This document shows positions 37,183-43,914 of a stretch of 64,000 bases of DNA, piece by piece (the first letter of the stretch is position 1; every line of letters begins with the position of its first letter). The position numbers and the translations under genes were made by a program. The DNA is from a virus. The notes beneath the pieces are model-generated. The model was not told the origin of the DNA and did not search any database. It saw nothing but the letters and a program-made list of their open reading frames with translations. The DNA is taken from the IMG/VR virus record IMGVR_UViG_3300033232_000078; one strand, written 5' to 3'.

Positions 37183-37416
37183 ATGGCCCGGCTTGATACT
37201 GCACTCACATATACAGAACTTGCCTTGATGATACGAGCCAAGTACGCCAGCCGGGCTGTCCCAAGCGACGTTATGCATATGCAATTTGATGACTATGCGG
37301 CAACGGTTTGCCAGGTCTGGGACGAAACCGACGGCAAGCTTCATGCAATAATCAAGCGCAACGTCAAGGGCAACATCAGCATCTTGTTTAAAAGCCATCC
37401 AGCCAAAGGAGAATAA
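37183..37416 (+). CDS. Hypothetical early protein
   Basis: Tightly packed in operon. Confidence 0.6.
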   Translation: MARLDTALTYTELALMIRAKYASRAVPSDVMHMQFDDYAATVCQVWDETDGKLHAIIKRNVKGNISILFKSHPAKGE

Positions 37417-37419
37417 GCC

Positions 37420-37752
37420 ATGCCAAAGCCAAAGCCAAAGCCAAAGCCAAGCGAATTGCAAATCGCAACCCAAGCTTACAACGGTATCCGGTGGCAACTC
37501 AAAGGCAGCGCCAAAATAGTCCAAAGACTCATGCATAGGGTCCCCGAGCAGGGCTTGCTAATCAGCCCTGGTGCAACCCCCTGGCCGGAATACCCCAAGC
37601 AACTCAAAGCAAAGCTATGCAACGCGCTCGAATCCGCCCAGAACCAGCTCGAATATTGCGAATACCTGTGCAAAATGCTCAGCCAATCCCACAGTGAAGC
37701 CTATGCACATACCCAGAAACTAACCAAAACCAAGGAGACTCAAGATGATTAG
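37420..37752 (+). CDS. Hypothetical early protein with N-terminal (PK)n
   Basis: AGGAG RBS; (GCCAAA)4 at 37422-37445. Confidence 0.65.
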   Translation: MPKPKPKPKPSELQIATQAYNGIRWQLKGSAKIVQRLMHRVPEQGLLISPGATPWPEYPKQLKAKLCNALESAQNQLEYCEYLCKMLSQSHSEAYAHTQKLTKTKETQDD

Positions 37753-38167
37753 GAAACTCATACTAGGCTTAATGCTTAGCTCAATCCCAACGCTCGCGCC
37801 CGCCGACCCACTAATCGAGTACCAGCTCCCAGACCTCGGTACCAGCGCCAGCCCCCAGTACCAGATCACTACAACCGGGAAGCTCCAGGCCGGGTATCTG
37901 GTCCTGCATACCCTGGATTGGATGCAGACCCTCACCATCGCAAGGAACCCGGACCGATGGCACGAAACCAACCCGATTCTCGGCAATCACCCCTCGGTGG
38001 CCCAGGTCAACCAGTACTTTCTGGCAACCGGCATCGCACACACCCTGATTACCGCGCACCTCCCCCAGCGCAAGGCCCGGCTCTGGCTCGGGGCCACCAG
38101 CATTATGCAACTCGGCTTCGTGATGCATAACCGGAACCTCGGCATCGGCCTCAACGTCAAATACTAA
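37745..38167 (+). CDS. Exported/membrane protein with signal peptide and ExNPILG motif (DUF5658-like)
   Basis: MIRKLILGLMLSSIPTLAPA signal-like N-terminus; LDWMQTL..., HETNPILG; AGGAG RBS. Confidence 0.65.
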   Translation: MIRKLILGLMLSSIPTLAPADPLIEYQLPDLGTSASPQYQITTTGKLQAGYLVLHTLDWMQTLTIARNPDRWHETNPILGNHPSVAQVNQYFLATGIAHTLITAHLPQRKARLWLGATSIMQLGFVMHNRNLGIGLNVKY

Positions 38168-38180
38168 AGGAATATGCATA

Positions 38181-38438
38181 ATGCAAACCAAGCTTGAAAG
38201 CCTGCTGGAATCCGGCGTCAACATAATCATAGGGTATCTGATTGCCCTCGCCAGTCAAATCCTAATCTTCCCCCTATACGGTATCCAGATCACTCTGAGC
38301 ACCAACCTCTGGATCGGGCTATGGTTTACCCTGGTAAGCCTCGTCCGGTCGTACCTTCTGCGCCGGTACTTCAACCAGCGAGTGCATAAAGCCATTCATA
38401 ATCTGATTAAGGAAAACTCAAATGCATCAAATGCATAA
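38181..38438 (+). CDS. Two-TM phage membrane protein
   Basis: SLLESGVNIIIGY...QILIFPLYG...FTLVSLVRSYLLRRYFN, a widespread phage membrane-protein pattern. Confidence 0.75.
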   Translation: MQTKLESLLESGVNIIIGYLIALASQILIFPLYGIQITLSTNLWIGLWFTLVSLVRSYLLRRYFNQRVHKAIHNLIKENSNASNA

Positions 38439-38472
38439 GCCCAACAGCCCCCCACAAAAGCTCGTATAATGC

Positions 38473-38501
38473 TTGACAACCTTACCGCAACCATGCATTA
38501 T
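38473..38501 (+). promoter_or_regulatory. Early sigma70 promoter P2
   Basis: TTGACA-accttaccgcaaccatg(17)-CATTAT. Confidence 0.75.
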
Positions 38502-38537
38502 GCATATTCGGTTCCGGGAAATGCATATTCGGTTCCG
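38500..38537 (+). repeat. 17-bp direct repeat ATGCATATTCGGTTCCG x2
   Basis: Copies at 38500-38516 and 38521-38537. Confidence 0.85.
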
Positions 38538-38570
38538 ACTCACCCTCAACTTTTTTAAGGAGCATCACGA

Positions 38571-39072
38571 AATGACTGCAGAAACCCAAACCGCCGCTGA
38601 AACCAAGAAGCCCAAGTTCTGCGACAAATCCAGCGAAGGCACGACCGCCTCGTTTACCTTCGGCGACGGCACCGTGCTGTCCCTGGACGTGTCCAACCTG
38701 ACCGAAGAAATCCAAACCGAGCTGATGCTCCACGGCGCCCTGCAGAAAATCGGTGACAGTTATGCTGGTGCGGCTGGCGACTACGCGTATGCCAAAGCCC
38801 AGGCCGAAAAGGTCATCCAGAATCTGGTCGATGGTGTCTGGAAGGCCGCCCGTGAAGCCGGCGAGTCCAAGCCCAAGTCCGGCGAACTGGTGCAGGCCCT
38901 GGCGGAACTCAAAGGCCTCGAGGTCGAAGCCGTTGCCGCAGCCGTCGAGGCTATGGACGAAGAGCGCCGCAAGGCCGTCCGCAGCCACCCTGCGGTCAAG
39001 GCGAAAATCGCTGAACTCCGCGCCCGCAAGGCCAACGAGGCGGCTGCCAAAGCCGGCGCACTGGACTTCTAA
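38571..39072 (+). CDS. Early protein B, paralog of 35423-35920
   Basis: AGGAG RBS before MTAETQ (ATG about 38572); strongly C/G-ending codons; followed by terminator. Confidence 0.8.
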
Positions 39073-39135
39073 GCAACCTTTGCTTTGCCTCCCTCGATAG
39101 GAATAAGCATACCCAATGCGATTTCCTACCGCCTT

Positions 39136-39172
39136 AGCCCCGCGATGCCCTATGCATCCTGGGGCTTTTTTT
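39136..39172 (+). terminator. Rho-independent terminator
   Basis: AGCCCC..GATGC-loop-GCATC..GGGGCT followed by a T run. Confidence 0.8.
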
Positions 39173-39206
39173 CGGCCACTATACAGCATTCCAGCGAATA
39201 ATTTGC

Positions 39207-39235
39207 TTGACAACCTTGCCGGTGGGTGGGACAAT
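39207..39235 (+). promoter_or_regulatory. Early sigma70 promoter P3
   Basis: TTGACA-accttgccggtgggtgg(17)-GACAAT. Confidence 0.8.
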
Positions 39236-39239
39236 TCAA

Positions 39240-39278
39240 TTGTCGGGGCGCATAATTAATTTTTACCCGCCCCGCCAA
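39240..39278. promoter_or_regulatory. 39-bp palindrome family, site 6 (covers predicted start site of P3)
   Basis: TTGTCGGGGCGCATAA-TTAATTT-TTACCCGCCCCGCCAA, beginning 4 bp after the -10 box. Confidence 0.75.
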
Positions 39279-39311
39279 AACCCAGAACCTGACACATACA
39301 AGGAGCCGAAA

Positions 39312-39506
39312 ATGCAAAAACCCAGCCAAAAGAATCCCATCATCCAAGTCCTCATGACCCGCGACGACCTCAGCTTTGACGACGCGTGCGAGCAGTTCAC
39401 CAAGGCCCAAGACGAATTCAATTCCGGCGCATACGGCACTGATGCAGAAGATTGCCTCGCGCAGGAATTTGGCCTCGAGCCGGATTACATTTTCGACTTT
39501 CTTTAA
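39312..39506 (+). CDS. Small acidic early protein
   Basis: AGGAG RBS; C-terminal EFGLEPDYIFDFL. Confidence 0.7.
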   Translation: MQKPSQKNPIIQVLMTRDDLSFDDACEQFTKAQDEFNSGAYGTDAEDCLAQEFGLEPDYIFDFL

Positions 39507-39539
39507 GGAGCCCATCTACCACCATAACCACCTTGCACG

Positions 39540-39571
39540 ACCAGTACAGAACCAGTACAGAACCAGTACAG
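39540..39571 (+). repeat. 11-bp tandem repeat ACCAGTACAGA x3
   Basis: Intergenic, copies at 39540, 39551, 39562 (last lacks the final A). Confidence 0.85.
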
Positions 39572-39593
39572 CATCAGCACCCGGGAGCCTCAA

Positions 39594-40100
39594 ATGCCAC
39601 AAGAACCTAAAGATCTCGACATTGATCAGCGGTTAAAGCCAGACGCCCTTGATCTGCTCGCAAGTATCCTCTCCGACTTCGGCACCCGCCCGAAAAAGGA
39701 ATCGGCGAAGAAACCCAGCCTTACCAATACCTCCTTTGCTGCACCACCAAAAAGTATCGCCAAGCAAATCGCCTTGCTGCGAACGCGCCAAACTATCTGG
39801 AAACCCATCGGGCGCGCAGTATTCATTCGCACCCAAGAATGTCAGTGTTGCGGCGAAACCACAGAGTTCGTGGAGAACGAACTTTATCTCCTTGAAGGTG
39901 GCAAATCCCAGTCCCGCTGGTATCGCCGCGAAGCCCATATGCCGGAACTCGACTGCCCCAACCTCCCTATCGAAGTTCATTGTAACCCGGAACCCCTCCC
40001 TGTTACAGTTTGTGCAAAATGCACCAGTGACAAACCCACGAACCAGCTTCTTGACTTGTTGGCCTCCCCTCAGCTTTGTTTGGAGTTTCCTGATGACTAA
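39594..40100 (+). CDS. Hypothetical protein with CxxC...CxxC zinc-binding pattern
   Basis: ECQCCG and VCAKC; GGAG RBS. Confidence 0.7.
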   Translation: MPQEPKDLDIDQRLKPDALDLLASILSDFGTRPKKESAKKPSLTNTSFAAPPKSIAKQIALLRTRQTIWKPIGRAVFIRTQECQCCGETTEFVENELYLLEGGKSQSRWYRREAHMPELDCPNLPIEVHCNPEPLPVTVCAKCTSDKPTNQLLDLLASPQLCLEFPDD

Positions 40101-40311
40101 GCCACACATCACCCGCTTCAATCGCGGCAAGTGGAATGCAATCCTAGCATGCATCTGTCCCCAGATTCTGGGCTGCATTTCCCCTCGGATGTGGCGCAAA
40201 TATGCCACTATGCCAGGGCAGCTCACCCATCGCCTTGTCTGGTCCACCCAGAGCAAAAAGGTAAACCCCCAAAACCTCACTGTTAATCCATACTACAAGG
40301 AGAATGCATAA
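40093..40311 (+). CDS. Hypothetical protein
   Basis: GGAG before ATG 40093; TAATG coupling to next gene. Confidence 0.5.
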   Translation: MTKPHITRFNRGKWNAILACICPQILGCISPRMWRKYATMPGQLTHRLVWSTQSKKVNPQNLTVNPYYKENA

Positions 40312-40556
40312 TGCCCAGAGCTAAATCCAGAGCCCGTGCGCGTCAAGCCGGCGGCACTCACTACAAGCATATGACGATCCAGCCTTGGGATGTGATTGAT
40401 ACTTGGCCTATCGAGCAGCAAATCGGGTATCACCGGGGCACGGCACTGGCCTATATTATGCGCGCCGGCTCCAAAGGACCCAGGCTTGAGGAATTCCAAA
40501 AAGCCGAGCATCACCTCCAAAAGCTTTGTGAAAATCTCATCAAGGAGCCTGTATAA
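40311..40556 (+). CDS. DUF3310 (SaV-like) protein
   Basis: GGTHYKHMTIQPWDVI...GTALAYIMRAGSKG...QKAEHHL motif. Confidence 0.8.
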   Translation: MPRAKSRARARQAGGTHYKHMTIQPWDVIDTWPIEQQIGYHRGTALAYIMRAGSKGPRLEEFQKAEHHLQKLCENLIKEPV

Positions 40557-40786
40557 TGTACATCGCCCTTTACACACGCGAGTTCATGGAGCCCCGGTTC
40601 AAGCTCCAAACCGTTCAGCGCATCCCGGAGAATCAGTCCTACGATGATGCTAAGATCGTTTTGTTGCGCGAAAACGGGAGTCTACTCGGCGACCGCTATC
40701 AGCGCGTCCTTCCCACTGCTCGTATTTCTGACCTTCCTGACGAACTGGAGAATCTCGATGTTGACCAACCCTGTGTATCCAACTGA
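40556..40786 (+). CDS. Hypothetical protein
   Basis: AGGAG RBS; TAATG coupling. Confidence 0.6.
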   Translation: MYIALYTREFMEPRFKLQTVQRIPENQSYDDAKIVLLRENGSLLGDRYQRVLPTARISDLPDELENLDVDQPCVSN

Positions 40787-41066
40787 CGTAGGTGTGTGCC
40801 CGGTGTGCAAGGGCACCAAGCGCCAGCACTATTCCGGCGAGTATAAAGACTCCGTGGCCGGCTTCTCAAAAAGCGACTCGACTATCCCCTGCCAAAACTG
40901 CGGCGGCCAGTACATGTTCGGTAGCCCCACCGGCTTGGTTCGTCACGCCAAGGATACCAACCTGCCTTGCGAGCACGACTATTCTGTCACCTCAAGCAAG
41001 AACTGCCTGCACCACTTCAAGTGCAAGCATTGCGGTGATACCTTTGAAATTGACTCAGGAGATTAA
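40758..41066 (+). CDS. Cys-rich zinc-finger protein
   Basis: CPVCKG, CQNCGG, CEH, CKHCG; GGAG RBS. Confidence 0.65.
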   Translation: MLTNPVYPTDVGVCPVCKGTKRQHYSGEYKDSVAGFSKSDSTIPCQNCGGQYMFGSPTGLVRHAKDTNLPCEHDYSVTSSKNCLHHFKCKHCGDTFEIDSGD

Positions 41067-41067
41067 A

Positions 41068-41292
41068 ATGCCCATCGCAATAACAGGAACTGGAAACAGC
41101 ATCAAGCCCGTTTTCGTCGGGGAAACCCTCGAGGCGAATACCCTCGTCCCCTCCCGGCGCGCAGCCGTCGAGGCACTCGGCATCATCCAGCGCCTGACTA
41201 CCAAGCACGACAATTCCGCGCTGGTGGACAATCAAACCATTACCTGGGATGAGGCAGTTGACACCCTGCGCCGTTTCGTTCTTACCCGTTAA
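41068..41292 (+). CDS. Hypothetical protein
   Basis: AGGAG RBS before ATG 41068. Confidence 0.6.
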   Translation: MPIAITGTGNSIKPVFVGETLEANTLVPSRRAAVEALGIIQRLTTKHDNSALVDNQTITWDEAVDTLRRFVLTR

Positions 41293-41310
41293 TCACAAGG
41301 AGCCTATATC

Positions 41311-41793
41311 ATGCAAGTCACCCATACCCTGCCGGAAGAATCCTACAAAGCCTATTTGCGTTTTGGCGCGGTCTGCCGGTACATTGGCCAGCACCGCGAC
41401 AAGATCTCAACCGATAACGCCGAAAACATGCTTATTGTGGGGATGCTCGAAATCAGCGAGGACAGCATCGAAGCCCTGATGACGAACCCTTCAGGACTCG
41501 GCGAGCTCCTGCTTGAAGCCCTGACCAATCCCGTCGACCCCGAGGTGTTTCTGGTCACGACCTTCTTCCGGGTTCGCGATATGTCCAAGCGTAAGCATAC
41601 CGACGCGGACTTTGTCCAGATCATGCAGGTACTGCTTTCAATTATCGCAGTCTCCTATAACAAGCCCAAAAAGCAAGTCGTGCACGATATGATTGCTGAG
41701 TTTAAGAAGTTTGATGAAAAATGGGAAGAGTTTCAACGCCGTAAAATCCTGGATTTGGTCGCCGCCACATCCCCCTCAAAGGAGCTCCACTAA
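41311..41793 (+). CDS. Hypothetical helical protein
   Basis: AGGAG RBS. Confidence 0.7.
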   Translation: MQVTHTLPEESYKAYLRFGAVCRYIGQHRDKISTDNAENMLIVGMLEISEDSIEALMTNPSGLGELLLEALTNPVDPEVFLVTTFFRVRDMSKRKHTDADFVQIMQVLLSIIAVSYNKPKKQVVHDMIAEFKKFDEKWEEFQRRKILDLVAATSPSKELH

Positions 41794-41990
41794 TGGCAAA
41801 GCCCGGCAGAAAGCCCAACGTCATTCCAACCACTGACTGGAAGGTCTGGATTCCAGTCGACTTGGCGGTCAAGTTCGACCTGCATCATATTGATCCCCTG
41901 ACTGGCAAAGTCCCACGCGGGGTTCGCAGTGATATTGTAACCGGCTTGATCCGCCAGTACCTACGCGACCAAGGCGTGCCTGTGGATTGA
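41793..41990 (+). CDS. Ribbon-helix-helix-like DNA-binding protein
   Basis: WKVWIP strand, VDLAVKFD helix, RSDIVTGLIRQYL helix; AGGAG RBS. Confidence 0.55.
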   Translation: MAKPGRKPNVIPTTDWKVWIPVDLAVKFDLHHIDPLTGKVPRGVRSDIVTGLIRQYLRDQGVPVD

Positions 41991-42003
41991 GGGTGGGAAA
42001 AAC

Positions 42004-42032
42004 TTGACAACCTTGCCGCATTGATGCACAAT
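42004..42032 (+). promoter_or_regulatory. Sigma70 promoter P4 (heads the recombination/replication operon)
   Basis: TTGACA-accttgccgcattgatg(17)-CACAAT. Confidence 0.8.
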
Positions 42033-42056
42033 AACCAATCATTGAAAGGAACTAAA

Positions 42057-42326
42057 ATGAAACTCATCAGAGAAATGAAAGTTAGCGACGACAACTATGG
42101 CAATACCACCAAGCGGATTGAGTTGAATATCCCCGCCAGTAAGTTTCCCCTTGCGGAGTCCCTGCTGGATGAGTGGGAGGCGCTGGTGCGTAGTGGTATG
42201 ACTCTGGAATTGCCCGACGAGGATTTGCTTCCTGGACGTATTTACAAAGAAAAGCTCATGCAATATGCGAGTTTCGAGCGGGTGTTGAAAGATATCGCTG
42301 CTCTGGAGGATGTGCAAAATGACTGA
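42057..42326 (+). CDS. Hypothetical protein
   Basis: AAGGA RBS before ATG 42057. Confidence 0.65.
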   Translation: MKLIREMKVSDDNYGNTTKRIELNIPASKFPLAESLLDEWEALVRSGMTLELPDEDLLPGRIYKEKLMQYASFERVLKDIAALEDVQND

Positions 42327-42537
42327 ATCCGAACGCTTAAACGACTTGCGACAAAAGGTCCTCGCCGGGGAAGATGTATCCCTGGACGAGTACAAGGAAA
42401 TTATCCAGTCCCTGCGCAGCAAACGCATGGGGGACTTGGTAGACAGTGCGGCCAAGAAAGCCACCAAGGCCAGCGCCACCAAAACCAAGTCCCCGCCTGT
42501 GGATTTGGACAGCCTGTTGGGAGGGCTTGGCATATGA
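42319..42537 (+). CDS. Hypothetical protein
   Basis: GGAGG RBS; ATGA coupling to the nuclease gene. Confidence 0.65.
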   Translation: MTESERLNDLRQKVLAGEDVSLDEYKEIIQSLRSKRMGDLVDSAAKKATKASATKTKSPPVDLDSLLGGLGI

Positions 42538-43454
42538 GCACCATGCCAGCACTTTCCTTCCCGACTGTGATCGACAACACGGCCCGCAGTCAGTTCGTCA
42601 CCTGCCCGACGAAGTGGGCATACGCGTCTTGCTATAACATCGCGCCGAACTCCCCGAGCATTCACCTGCACGCAGGCGGGGCATTCGCCTCGGGTCTGGA
42701 ATATGCCCGCAAGGCATTTTACGACGAAGGCCTCAGCCCGGAGGCTGCAATCAAGCAGGGCACCGAGCAGCTCCTTGCATTCTATGGCGACTTCGAGTGC
42801 CCCGGGCATATCAACAAAACCAAGGCCCGCATGATGGAAGCCCTGTGGGAGTACTTCTGTGAGTACCCCTTGGGCAAAGACCCAGTGGTGCCCTTTCAAA
42901 GCGCAACCGGGAAGCACGCAATCGAGTTTACCTTTTCCGTACCACTTCCGATTCTACACCCGGACACCATGCAGCCTTTACTGTACGCAGGCCGCTTCGA
43001 TATGCTTGGCGTCTACCAGGACTCCATGTACGCAGTGGACGAAAAAACCGCATCCCAGCTCGGGAAATCCTGGCTCGACCAATGGGAACTCGACTCTCAG
43101 TTCACCGGGTACTGTTGGGCCGGTCAGCAATTTAACTTCCCGGTCACGGGCGCTATTATCCGGGGCATCAGCATCTTGAAGGAAAAGTACGGCCACGCCC
43201 AGGCTATCCTCCACCGCCCCCAATGGCAACTCGATCGCTGGTACGAGAACTTGCTGTGGGACATTGAGGATATGTTGAATACCTACGACCGGCTGCGCAA
43301 TGACAAGCGCATTAAGCTTGCCCTTGACAAAGGTATATGCGCCCAGTACGGGGGTTGTAGCTATGCAACCCTGTGTAAGTCTCCGAATCCGGCCACTTGG
43401 ATTGCAGCTGAGTACGGTCCCCGGGAATGGAACCCTTTACATAAAGGAGCCTAG
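42534..43454 (+). CDS. PD-(D/E)XK exonuclease, Cas4/AddB-like with putative Fe-S cysteines
   Basis: YAGRFDM...AVDEKT motif; N-terminal TCP and C-terminal C-x5-C-x5-C. Confidence 0.8.
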   Translation: MSTMPALSFPTVIDNTARSQFVTCPTKWAYASCYNIAPNSPSIHLHAGGAFASGLEYARKAFYDEGLSPEAAIKQGTEQLLAFYGDFECPGHINKTKARMMEALWEYFCEYPLGKDPVVPFQSATGKHAIEFTFSVPLPILHPDTMQPLLYAGRFDMLGVYQDSMYAVDEKTASQLGKSWLDQWELDSQFTGYCWAGQQFNFPVTGAIIRGISILKEKYGHAQAILHRPQWQLDRWYENLLWDIEDMLNTYDRLRNDKRIKLALDKGICAQYGGCSYATLCKSPNPATWIAAEYGPREWNPLHKGA

Positions 43455-43456
43455 CT

Positions 43457-43591
43457 ATGTGGGAACATTTCTTTGACGCGCTCGGTACGATCTTTGCTTG
43501 GGGCCTGTGGTTTATGTTGGGTGTTGTTATGTTTGTCTGGGCTAAGTTTTTAGTATATGGCTTATGGTCGATCGTACAGGCTTTGCTATGA
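43457..43591 (+). CDS. 44-aa Trp/Phe-rich membrane peptide, not in ORF track
   Basis: AAGGAG RBS; MWEHFFDALGTIFAWGLWFMLGVVMFVWAKFLVYGLWSIVQALL; ATGA coupling to the next gene. Confidence 0.65.
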   Translation: MWEHFFDALGTIFAWGLWFMLGVVMFVWAKFLVYGLWSIVQALL

Positions 43592-43914
43592 CTTGGACTC
43601 AGACCTGGTTCCTCGCGGGAAGGCTTGTGGTGCACGCCCCTTGTAAGCCCGAGCATATCCGCAACGAGCTGCACCCGCCGTTGTCCCTGGCATTCTTCTG
43701 CCCGGTCTGCGGGGATGTATGGGCAAGGCGCGTCATTCTGCCGGAAACCCGCTGGAACGTGCTGACCCACGAATGCCCCAAGCACCGCAGTCCCAGGTAC
43801 TGTGAACCTGAAGGTAGTGTTTGGCTAAACTACAACGCGGATTTTCTCGGGAACCTCCCCAAGGAAATCCTTCAATATGAAGCACTTTTGAGAATGGAGC
43901 AAGATAATGGCTGA
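43588..43914 (+). CDS. Hypothetical protein with CPVC motif
   Basis: ATGA overlap; FCPVCG. Confidence 0.6.
   Translation: MTWTQTWFLAGRLVVHAPCKPEHIRNELHPPLSLAFFCPVCGDVWARRVILPETRWNVLTHECPKHRSPRYCEPEGSVWLNYNADFLGNLPKEILQYEALLRMEQDNG

Noticed and set aside
37422-37450. (GCCAAA)n microsatellite as a phase-variation switch
   Set aside because: The unit is 6 bp and in frame, so slippage only changes the length of a PK tract.
5136-39278. 39-bp palindromes as CRISPR repeats, with the Cas4-like nuclease as a cas gene
   Set aside because: Copies are kilobases apart with no regular spacers; no cas1/cas2 or effector; the nuclease sits in an ordinary exonuclease-ATPase-SSB module.
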